From: Octopus sinensis
Taxonomy: Eukaryota
Reading direction: 5' to 3'
Length of the DNA: 64,000 nt
Assembly: GCF_006345805.1 (NCBI RefSeq)
Contig: NC_042999.1
Span: forward strand, 147,250,001 to 147,314,000
Of this stretch, positions 50,953-62,142 are shown one piece after another. A model generated the notes under the pieces. It was not told the DNA's origin and searched no databases. It saw only the letters and a list, made by a program, of their open reading frames with translations. The first letter of the stretch is position 1; each line of letters starts with the position of its first letter. The translations under genes and the position numbers were made by a program.

Positions 50953-51024
<72 letters not shown>

Positions 51025-51218
51025 GAATGAATTGTTACTGATATTTGATAAGACGAGATTCATCAGAATCGTTAATATTTTCATTATATAATTCTAAAAA
51101 TCCTTTTTATTAAATTCCCTCTTAAATTGAAATGTCTTCGACTTACTTCGGTGCTATTTCCACCGCCATATTTTATATATAGAAATCTTGATTTGTATGG
51201 ATCCCAAAACTAGTTTCA

Positions 51219-51284
<66 letters not shown>

Positions 51285-51505
51285 TATATATTGAGGTTAT
51301 TAGAGGTAATGGTATCAAGAAGACTCAAAGGTATCAGGTAATGCTGAGTAAGTGCTATGGAGAGTCTATAGTTAAGCTCCAGGTGATTATGCGAATGCGG
51401 AGTCCAACATAGGTCATATATCAGCGTGCGCATATATATATAATGAGTTAACAGAATGAGATAAAAATCCATGGCTGTGAAAGATTTCAGAATATTTATA
51501 AAGAG

Positions 51506-51553
51506 GACTTACAGCTGTTTCCGGGATATTTTATATATCCCTTCATCGGAGAC
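51506..51553 (-). ncRNA. Minimal type I hammerhead-like motif (best fold in the window)
   Basis: GTCT-CCGATGA-A-GGGATAT-ATAAA-ATATCCC-G-GAAAC-AGCT-GTA|AGTC. Confidence 0.6.
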
Positions 51554-51600
51554 GGTGTGAGAACATGGTTAAGCAATACTTATTCTAGATAAGATATGAA

Positions 51601-51784
51601 ATAGAGAGTGAAGTGAAGGAATAAAAACAGATATATACATATATATACATATATATATACATATATATATACATATATATATACATATATATATATGTAT
51701 ATATATGTATATATATATGTATATATATATGTATATATATATATATGTATATATCTGTTTTTATTCCTTCACTTCACTCTCTAT
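51601..51784. repeat. 184-bp palindrome: 40-bp perfect arms around a mirrored microsatellite
   Basis: ATAGAGAGTGAAGTGAAGGAATAAAAACAGATATATACAT at 51601-51640 and its reverse complement at 51745-51784. Confidence 0.9.
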
Positions 51785-51807
51785 ATACATATATATATAT
51801 ATGTCGT

Positions 51808-51841
<34 letters not shown>

Positions 51842-51980
51842 CACATATATATAACGACATACATCCTGTGTGCGATTAGTATTTGCTTGGGTAGGTCATC
51901 GCATCCATCTCTAGCATGTAAGATGTCCTGTTAAAATCACCTCTGTTGTGTGTAACTACGTACACTATTTTATATATATA

Positions 51981-53543
51981 CTAGCAGTATCGCCCGGCGT
52001 TGCTTGGGTTTGTAAGGGAAATAACTATATAAGCATTTTTAGAGAGTTACTTCCTTTATAGATGCCAATTCGGGCTTTCTTAGCCATTTCTGTTTTGGTG
52101 TCTTCAAGCCATGAAGTCGTTGTTCTAAAAGAACGCTGGTCTCCTTGACAACGCATTACGACGTTGATTTCCTTAAACTCCCTTCCCCACAGCTTCACGA
52201 GGGAGGGAAGAAGGGGGAGAAGCAAACACAGGTGCAGGTGTTTGAGCGTGGACGCCAACTCCGCCGCCATCGACACACGAAAAATTATGCATTAAAATGG
52301 AATAAAAAATTATGTTAAATTATTTTTAAAATCGTAGACTCATCGTAGACGCACGCTAATAGCCAGACGGGCTTGATATTAATCACGACTATAAGATACC
52401 TGAATTTGGTTAAACTGCACCGCAAAATGTGGGAGGAGTTAGGAATCTAAATCGTAGGAGACAGACACTCACACAACTACAGTTTTATATATATAGACTA
52501 GCAGTATCGCCCGGCGTTGCTCGGGTTTGTAAGGGAAATAACTATATAAGCATTTTTAGAGAGTTATAGCAAAAAAATGCATTAAAAATGGAATAAAAAA
52601 TGATGATAATTTTTTTTTTAAATCGTTGACTCAGTGTCTTCAAGCCATGAAGTCGTCGTTCTAAAAGAACGCTGGTCTCCTTGACAACGCTTTACGACGT
52701 TGATTTCTTTACACTCCCTTCCCCACAGCTTCACGAAGGAGGGAAGAAGGGGGAGAAGCAAACACAGGTGCAGGTGTTTGAGCGTGGACTCCAACTCCGC
52801 CGCCATCGACACACGAAAAACTATGCATTAAAATGGAATAAAAAATGATGTTAAATTATTTTTAAAATCGTAGACTCATCGTAGACGCGCGCTAATAGCC
52901 AGACGGGCTTGATATGAATTACGACTATAAGATACCCGAATTTTGTTAAACTGCACCGCAAAATGTGGGAGGAGTTAGGAATCTAAATCGTAGGAGACAG
53001 ACACTCACACAACTACAGTTTTATATATATAGATATACTAGCAGTATCGCCCGGCGTTGCTCGGGTTTGTAAGGGAAATAACTATATAAGCATTTTTAGA
53101 GAGTTACTTCCCTTATAAATTCGGGCTTTCTTAGCCATTTTTGTTTTGGTGTCTTCAAGCCATGAAGTCGTTGTTCTAAAAGAACGCTGGTTTCCTTCAC
53201 AACGCATTACGACGTTGATTTCTTTACACTCCCTTCCCCACAGCTTCACGAGGGAGGGAAGGGGGAGAATCAAACAGGTGCAGCTGTGAGCGTGGACGCC
53301 AACTCCGCCGCCATCGACATACGATGCATTTTATGCATTAAAATGGAATAAAAAATGATGTTAAATTATTTTTAAAATCGTAGACTCATCGTTGACGCGC
53401 GCTAATAGTCAGACGGGCTCGATATGAATCACGACTATAAGATACCCGAATTTGGTTAAACTGCACCGCAAAATGTGGGAGGAGTTAGGAATCTAAATCG
53501 AAGGGGACAGACACTCACACAACTAGAGTTTTATATATATAGA
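51981..53543 (-). mobile_element. Three tandem non-autonomous Helitrons (51981-52497, 52498-53033, 53038-53543)
   Basis: Each unit has TCTATATATATAAAA at its 5' end and a hairpin plus CTAG at its 3' end. Same family as 46303. Confidence 0.92.
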
Positions 53544-53844
53544 TATATACATATATATATAATTACAGTATATGGTTTCAAGTAATCTGGTGGTACACAG
53601 TATAAAAGCTTCTTAATGAAACATTCTACACAGTACGATACAAGAGAAAATGGTAAGAAATAGATAAAATGTTATTTAACATTAAGAAAATTCAAAAACC
53701 ATGACAAATATTTTTGTAACGTAAAATTATCTTAGTATATTTATAACTAATTACAATAATATAAAATTTTTTAATGCATTTAAGTTACGAAACATTTTGT
53801 TGTGATATTAGAATTTAGTGTGTGTGTGTGTGTGTGTCTATATC

Positions 53845-54030
53845 CCCCCACCGCCGACAACCGGTGTCGATGTGTTTGTGTCCACAAAAAACAGCGTTTC
53901 GGCCAAAGAGATTGATAGAATTAGTACCAGTCTTTCAAAAAATAAACATTGAGGTCGATTTCTTCGACTAAAATTCAAGGTGGTGCCCCAGGGTGTCCAC
54001 AATCTAATGAGAGAGACAATTAAAAGAATA
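53845..54030 (+). mobile_element. SINE family A 3' half, degenerate
   Basis: GACAACCGGTGTCGATGTGTTT..GATAGAATTAGTACC..GGTGGTGCCCCAG. Confidence 0.65.
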
Positions 54031-54054
54031 TAAAAATAATAGTGTTTATAAATA

Positions 54055-54137
54055 TATTCCCGAGCGTTATACTAATACATCTGTTTGTTTTCTACACCAC
54101 CTGTCTTCGTCCTTTGGTTTTTTTCGTGAATTCTCCC
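54055..54137 (+). mobile_element. Penelope pseudo-LTR-like fragment
   Basis: CCCGAGCGTTATACTAATACATCTGTTTG..CACCACCTGTCTTCGTC, as at 36200 and 44690. Confidence 0.7.
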
Positions 54138-54197
<60 letters not shown>

Positions 54198-54817
54198 CTT
54201 CACTGCAAATGGTCCTGCACTTTTCAATGTTAAAAAGTAGAAAAGGACCCCACAACTTTCGAATGTTACTTGAAAAATTTCCCCCATGAAATACCGGTTA
54301 AACCACCTACATGTGGATACGTCTCTATCAACAACACTTCTCTGTTTGAGTGTTCCATGGTGTCCCGAAATAATGAATTAAAAGATTTTGGCATGCGACA
54401 CGAAAAATAACAATTCTGAACAATGAATACTGAATAAAATAACACAGCACTTACACTCGCAGATGACTGAAACTGTATCATACCACGCAAATGAACATTG
54501 CATATTCTACATTAAATCCAGATATTGAAATATATAAAAACAATCTCAAAGCACATTCGAATCACAAATATCAGGTAACAAATTTAAGCAATACATATTG
54601 AATATAATTTATCCAATGAGCAGCTATAAATGAATCGAATATCACACATTCTCATACAACACGGGAAACAGTAAATTATCGCCAGAAAAAGAAACAGTAT
54701 CTCATAACGAAGCAACGTTTATACACTATAAAAACACAATTCTACAATCATAGAGTGCAATATTTCACACTCTTTATAAATATCAAGTTTCACATCGTGG
54801 TGCTATAAGAACACGTA

Positions 54818-54855
54818 AGATGATGATGATGATGATGATAATAATAATAATAATG

Positions 54856-54895
<40 letters not shown>

Positions 54896-54932
54896 TAACA
54901 ATAATAATAATAATAATAACAATAACAATAAC

Positions 54933-54987
<55 letters not shown>
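54818..54987. repeat. (GAT)n(AAT)n tract at the 5' junction of the Dong-like LINE
   Basis: Directly visible. Confidence 0.95.
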
Positions 54988-54990
<3 letters not shown>

Positions 54991-56610
54991 GACAAACAGC
55001 TGGAAACAGTATTAAAGACAGTTCATGGATTTACCAAAGAAATAGATATGAAATTTGGATTAGAAAAATGCGCCAAAGTAACCATGAAAAGAGGAAAACT
55101 AGTTAAGAGTAGCAACATCACACTAGATAAAACCAATGAAATAAAAGAATTAGACCAAAGCCAAACTTATAAATACTTAGGAATCCATGAACTAGATAAG
55201 ACACAACACACACAAATGAAAGAGAAAATAAAAAAAGAATATTATAGACGAGTTAGATCAATACTAAAAACAGAGCTCAATGCTAAAAACAAGATAATAG
55301 GTATCAACACTTTAGCTGTCCCAGTTATAAGTTACAGCTACGATATCCTTAACTGGATACGAAATGAACTGTCCAAAATAGATAGGAAAACAAGAAAAAT
55401 AATGACAGGATCTAGGATGCATCACCCAAAATCTGACAGAAAGACTATATATACAACGTATAGAAGGTGGTAGAGGCCTTATACAGCTGGAAAACTACTA
55501 TAAAATAACCACCATAGGACTGCAAAAATATCTACTTCAGAAGGAAGGAAAACTGATCCAGATAGCGGCAAAACACGAGCAAAACAAAAAACTGTTCTCA
55601 GTATTTAAGGAAGCTGACAAATACAAACAAGAAATCATACCACCTAATAAACACGAAGAAGAAGAAGAAGATGAAGAAACAACAAAAGCTATAAAACAAA
55701 TGAAATCCAAACTAAAAATATAACAGCAACGAACCATGATAAAACGATGGCAAGAAAAGCCCCTTCATGGTAAATACTGGACTAAACTAAACTCAAAAGA
55801 AATAGACAAAGAAAAATCCCAGCAATGATTGAGAAGCTCAGGACTCAAAGCAGGAACAGAGGGATTTTTAATTGCAGCACAAGACCAAAGCCTCCCCACC
55901 AGAAATTACCAAAAACATGTAATGAAAAGAAATATTACAAGTAACTGCAGAATATGTGGAGATGGACAAGAAACAATAAATCATATTATCTCTAGCTGCC
56001 CAGTCCTGGCTAAGAAGGAATATATTCACAGACATGACAGAGTTGGAACCTACATACATTGGAAGCTATGCCAACATTATGGAATAACAACAGAAAAAAG
56101 ATGGTATAGGCACACACCAGAAAAGGTCACAGAAAACGAGAAAGCAACCATACTATGGGATATGCCGATACACACAGATAGAGAAATTAAGGCCAACAGA
56201 CCAGATATAGTTGTCAGAGATCATGAAGAAAAAAATGCTTTCTAATTGATGTATCAATACCGGCAGATGACAACGTGTCTCTAAAAGAAATGGAGAAACT
56301 CTCAAAATACAAAGACCTGGAAATAGAGGTAACTAGAATGTGGAATCTGAAAACAGAAACAATTCCTATCATAGTAGGTGCATTAGGCATGATAAAAAAA
56401 TATTCAGACAAATACATAACAAAAACACCAGGACTTACAAACACATATAACATACAGAAAATTGCACTACTAGGCACTGCACACATCCTACGCAGAACAC
56501 TTTCCATACAATAACCATCAGAGCATCACAACAAATCACAGCACATACCCAAGGCACACAGAGCTTTGCTCGGTAGTGAAGTGAAAGCACGCTATAAAAA
56601 TAAAACTACT
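54988..56610 (+). mobile_element. 5'-truncated R4/Dong-like RLE LINE, few disabling mutations
   Basis: MKFGLEKCAK, YKYLG, GGRGL, PLHGKY, LIAAQDQ, CRICG..ETINHIISSC..RHD, NRPDIVV..IDVSIP, KYKDLEIE..TAHILRRTL* (stop 56514), then a 3' UTR and (AAT)n at 56611-56632. Confidence 0.95.
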
Positions 56611-56699
56611 GAATAATAATAATAATAATAATACCACAGAACCACTCTTATTCGAACTTAGACGGTGAGGCTTGCGTAGGATGGGAGATTGCAACGATA

Positions 56700-56960
56700 A
56701 AACACTATACAAGAACTTGAGAATAAATGAAACTGAAAATAGCTGGATAAAAGAAAAAATGCATGGACAATTTTTAAGGAACATAAGACAGAGAAAATAG
56801 ATGGATGACTAAAAGTGATTTACAACAGGAAACGGATGCTCTCATCTGTGCAGAGCTAGGGCAAGCATTAAGAACCAATTAAACCAAATACAAAATAGAC
56901 AGCATGTCAGAATACTATAAGTGCAGAATCTGTGGAGAAAATGGACAATGAATTACAAGG
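56700..56960 (+). pseudogene. Older R4/Dong-like fragment
   Basis: EK.MHGQFLR..WMTKSDLQQETDALICA..QALRTN..CRICGE. Confidence 0.75.
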
Positions 56961-57024
56961 ACATAAATAAACCTGCAGCAAATGCCAAACAGACATAAAG
57001 ACATACATATACATGTTTATATTC

Positions 57025-57190
57025 CAGGTTTTTTTCATCAGTTTCCATTTACCAGGTCTACACAGAAGACCGTGGCCTGCCGAAGGGTATATTGGAAGCC
57101 ATTTGCTCAAATTGACATGTAGTAGGACTGAACCCGGAACCATGCAGTTGGGATGAAAATCACTTACCACACAACTACATCTGCACCTTG
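57025..57190 (-). mobile_element. SINE family A 5' part, degenerate
   Basis: Reverse complement reads GTGTGGTAAGTG..CATGGTTCCGGGTTCAGTCC. Confidence 0.65.
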
Positions 57191-58266
57191 TCTGGGTGTA
57201 TGAATAATAGATTTTTATCAAGATAAAAAGATGTAGGGCGATAGAAATGTGACATTCATTCGAAAATTGGGAGTCGACAAAATATGTACCAGACTGTATT
57301 AAGTAATGGAGTCGATAAGACTTGCCAAAATATCTTCTGCAGTAGCCGCCACAACATGACAACATTTCTTAGACAGAGCACAACTTTCAATCTAAAAATC
57401 AATTATTGATAATAAATCCTTGACTGAAGATGGTGCGATCATAAAGAAGAGTCTTGTGTTATCATAGATTGATTACCAAACAGCTGTTGAAGTTGTTCCC
57501 CTCTGGTGGTTTATGGAAATATTATACATGCGTAAATACAGAGGTATTACTAAACAGAGACATGAAATACAACATAAATGGATGACAGCTGTACGAACCC
57601 CCAAATTAATGCAAACGTAATAGTCATGGTAACACATTTCAGCAGAGATAGTCCAAAGTATTATCACTTTCTCTTTCTCTTCCTCTCCCTCTCTCCATCT
57701 TTCTCTCTCCCCATTTCTCTCTCATCCCCTTTCTCTCTCTCTCCCTCCCCTCTCTGTCTCTGTGTATTTTAACAAACATTTAAAGCAAACTGAGTTGAAT
57801 AAATGAGAGATGTTTTTAAACAATTCCCTGTATATGTGTGGTCTCAAACTGTACTGTGCAGATAACAAACAGGTTGAAGCCATTTTGCTTGGGTCCGGGG
57901 ATTATGTAGGGAAACTAAATGAAGTTGCGTTTAGGAAGGACCACTTCCGATACATTAAAGATAGGAAAATAAATAATTATGTTACTAAATATCAGGTTAG
58001 ACACAGAAATATAAATAAGGCTATTGGGCAAAGTCAGACTTAGACATACTTTATAGTTAATGAATTGGACAAAATACAACAGTCGATAATGAAACAAAAA
58101 GATAGGAATGAATATAATAGATGTATTAGATTAATAAATAAAGCAGAGATACATAATAAAACATAAGGTAGCGATCGATACTCCTGTTGTTTCAGTAAAT
58201 AGCAAATTATAACTTACTGAAGTTAAGTGAAGTAGGATGACTAGATAAGAATACAAAAACATATTA

Positions 58267-58290
<24 letters not shown>

Positions 58291-58297
<7 letters not shown>

Positions 58298-58716
58298 TTG
58301 TTTCAGTCATTAGACTGCGGCCATGCTGGAGCACCGCCTCTAGTCGAGCAAATCGAACCCGGGACTTATTCTTTGTAAGCCCAGTACTTATTCTATCGGT
58401 CTCTTTTGCCGAACCGCTAGGTGACGGGGACGTAAACACACCAGCATCGGTTGTCAAGCATTGCTAGGGGGACAAACACAGACACACAAACACATACACA
58501 CACATACATACATATATATATATATAGATATATATATATATATACATATATACGGCAGGCTTCTTTCAGTTTCCGTCTACCAAATCCACTCACAAGGCAT
58601 TGGTCGGGCCTGGGTTATAGCAGAAGACACTTGCCCAAGATGCCACGCAGTGGGACTGCATCCGGAACCATGTGGTTGATTAGCAAGCTACTTACCACAC
58701 AGCCACTCCTGCGCCT
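58291..58716 (-). mobile_element. SINE family A, full length
   Basis: Runs from head GGCGCAGGAGTGGCTGTGTGGTAAG to tail GGCGGTGCTCCAGCATGGCCGCAGTCTAATGACTGAAACAAG. Confidence 0.92.
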
Positions 58717-60118
58717 ATTGAATATATTTCGAATACATCTTTCTTGATATTTGAAATATCATATATGCCACGCCTATAGGAGTGAAGGAAATCTCCTGCA
58801 ACTAGAAAAGTATTATTAAATATCTATTGTAATACTAAGTAGGAGCCCAGTGAAGATTAAAGGGACTCTAATAGAAATATCTAAAAGGTATAGACAAAAG
58901 ATTATATAAAAAGATGACTTCATGGAGATTTGAAGATATGAACGAATTGAGATCTATGATATTTGGGTAAACATATGAGATGTAATACAAACGTCAAAAC
59001 TGAATTATAAACAAGTATATTAATTGTGCCTATAAGCTGATAATTAAAGCAGCTGCTGTAGCAAATCTGGCAAGACTAGAGAAAATGAAAGTTTATGAAA
59101 ATAAACTAAAAATTACAACACATGCAGAGAAAGCGAGAATACAGACTTCAGCCCGGGGTTGTTTATGTTGTGAGACCGATCATAATTTTGTTCAACATAA
59201 TTTTGTTGAAAAATATTGACGTAGAACAGGGAATATAAATGAATAATATATGTTGGTTACGAAACAATAACAATGATAATTCCTGTCCAGCCTTTGATAA
59301 AATGAAGTAGTTATCGAAAGATATTAAATAGGCAAAATTTCTTATGTTGGGAAAGCGAATGTAAGATCAAATATGGAGTAAAAATGTAAAAAATAATATC
59401 AATACTTGACTGATTTTGTATTAACATCACTGAAAAGAAGAAAATAAATCTGGTAGACGTTTCACACTTATTTCTACTTTTCTGCCCAGGAATGTTTGAG
59501 ACAATGAAAACTGTGCCAGATCTATGGAGTACATGAGCAAGTGAAATAGGGCAAATGGATATCAACAAATATCTGGCTATATTCTGTAAATGCCTATTCA
59601 CACCAGATGAAGCAAATCGTGCAAAAGTTATCAAAGACTCCCAAGCTACAAAGGTGACTACCCGCCACCTACCAACGTCGTAGACAACAATCGCCCGGTC
59701 ACAATCACACTACATAGTTATTCTTGAATTGCAAAATGATAGCTTGCAACATAGAACATCTGTCCTTTTTCTATCTACGCGTAAATAAGTAAATACACGC
59801 TCAACTTCAAGCACACAGCTGAATAGACATATACATAATCGTTTGTGTGTGCGTGTGTGTTTTGTATGTATATTTATGTAATTAGGTAAAGGTGTTATTT
59901 TGGGAATTGAGATAAATTTGGAGCAGCATATGAACGAAGATTTTCTGCATGGAATTTACTTACCTATTCGTCGTACAAAGGTTGTTAATGTAGCCAGTAG
60001 GCAGAAGCTGAAATAATTACTCTCTTTAGAAAATGAAACCACGTATCTGTCAACTGGTACTGGAGGTACACTGGCAAATGACCAATTTGGTTGACCTAAC
60101 TAGGATGATGTTATGCAA

Positions 60119-60335
60119 AGGCGGCGAGTTGGCATAATCGTTAGCACGCCGGAAGAGATGCTTAGCGATATTTCGCCAGTCGCTACGTTCTGAGTTCAAA
60201 TTTGCCGAGGTCGACTTTGCCTTTCATCCTTTCGGGATCGATAAATTAAGTACCAGTCGAGTACTGGGGTCGATGTGATCAACTGTCTCCCTCCCCATAA
60301 AATCCAGGTCGTATACCTATAGTACAAAGGATGAT
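60119..60335 (+). mobile_element. SINE family B, near full length
   Basis: AGGCGGCGAGTTGGCATAATCGTTAGCACGCCGG..GCCGAGGTCGACTTTGCC. Confidence 0.9.
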
Positions 60336-60614
60336 GTTATGCATAGAAGCATCACTATACTTTAAATGATAACACAAAGTTAATGCTGGTTGTAATTAGT
60401 CTCTAGAATATTATGAGCTGAAAAATACTTGATAGCTAATGAAAAAAATCTTTCAGTTTTAATTCGATTTCACCTACTCTGTCGCTGTGTGGCATCATTA
60501 AATATGTGTGAATAAGGGTGATGATAGAGAAGTAAAATTTATGAAAACGGGGTAAGATGAAAGAAGAAAGAAATAACACACGTAGATAGTTAAGACGAAG
60601 CATGTATTACATTT

Positions 60615-60661
<47 letters not shown>

Positions 60662-62088
60662 ACCTATGACGATTCTTTTTCCTGTTTTAGCATCGGTAAA
60701 ACTATATTAGCTGTACACAGTCACATCCTTTCTGACTATATATCTCGGACTATATTAAGTGAATTTTCCATTTTGTATTAAAGACAGTAGAGTGCAATTT
60801 GAGAAAGATTTGGTTGCTACTTCCAGCAAGTCATATGATACTGTGTTGAGGGTATTGGTCTTGTGAACGACAGCGTAAATGATATTGAAGCTGATAATAA
60901 TGATGATAATCACGTTAATTATAATTAATAACAGCGTTCCTTGTAGTTGTTTTATTATTAGTGATGAGTGAGAAATAATGTATGTTTCTAAACTACTTGT
61001 CTTCATAATGACTTATTGCGAAAAGAGAGGAAAATACAGACGAAAAATAAAGATATGAAAAACAATACAAAGCAAAAACGAAGGAGAAAAAATAAAGGAT
61101 CCACTAGAGACATAAATTATTCATAGAAATTCTCAGTAAACATGGCAATTTCTCTGACTTCATGTCACTTTTCATGAACATCATAAATTTTGAACAGAGA
61201 AGCTAGCACCACCTGCTACCACACAATAGAAGCTTGTTGAAATCCAAGCAACGCTTAGTATCTCCTACTTGATCGATAAAACCTGGTATTTTATTCTTGT
61301 GCATAGTTTGCGTAGAGCATTGTGGTAAAATTATATTCATGTAACAGTATGTAGATATATCACTATTCGTTCGTAGGAGTATTATACTATAAATCACACT
61401 CGCATGCAAAGAGGTAACTCTTTCTATAGAGTACTTTAGACATAAAATAAACATAAACGAAATCAACATGTAAAGTTTTCAATAACCCCAGATATAAGCT
61501 GGCGTCACAACTACACCAAATTCAAATTATGGTTACCTATAATTTGAATTATAACGTCTTATAATTGAAATTTAAAAATAAAGTTCGATTTCTCCAAACA
61601 GACATTCACACTAATTTTTTATGTTAATATTCTTAGATAAATATTCACACTTCTGATGTTTCCGCGTCAGTTACATGTCGTATTATACACTCATACTATC
61701 CCATCTGGTTCTGAATAAGGTGCGATACGACAGTAAGCCAGTTAACTGTGTAGGTTCAACACAAAACGACGTTGTGCACCGGGTTGCTTCATAGATAAAA
61801 GGATTAAAACTAAAAATGCTTACTTCAATCAATTTGGAGAAAAGTCACATTGTAGACAGTAACCTTGAGAGATTACATTTCCGTATTTGGTGAAATCGGT
61901 TAATGAGTTTTTTCTTAATGAAACATTAGCAGAGTAAATGAGCTCGTGTTATCTACTCTACAAATATATTTATTGACCATATAAAGCGTATTAATAATAT
62001 ATTCTGTCCAAATTTATAGTTTATTTTTTAAAATATCCCACTTCTCATATGACGAACATTATAAGAAGGCATGCATCCAACACCAGAG

Positions 62089-62142
62089 CTGAAGACATCC
62101 CCGAAAGTAGGGGCCGAAACCGGACGTGGTTCCTCCTGATGA
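62089..62142 (+). ncRNA. Decayed hammerhead-like motif followed by a second CTGATGA
   Basis: CTGAAGA-CAT-CCCC-GAAAGTA-GGGG-CC-GAAAC-CGGAC; a second CTGATGA lies at 62136. Confidence 0.35.

Noticed and set aside
51981-53543. CRISPR-like or satellite array
   Set aside because: The units are about 510-540 bp with Helitron termini, there are no short repeats with unique spacers, and the context is eukaryotic.
54820-55473. 217-aa ORF with a poly-M/poly-I N-terminus
   Set aside because: It is (GAT)n(AAT)n fused in frame to a truncated LINE ORF.
59477-59660. Candidate exon (TTTTCTGCCCAG acceptor, AAG|GTGACT donor)
   Set aside because: There are stops in all three frames and no recognisable product.
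61519-61552. Hairpin of about 14 bp, AATTCAAATTAT..ATAATTTGAATT
   Set aside because: Short and nearly all A/T, so expected by chance at this composition.
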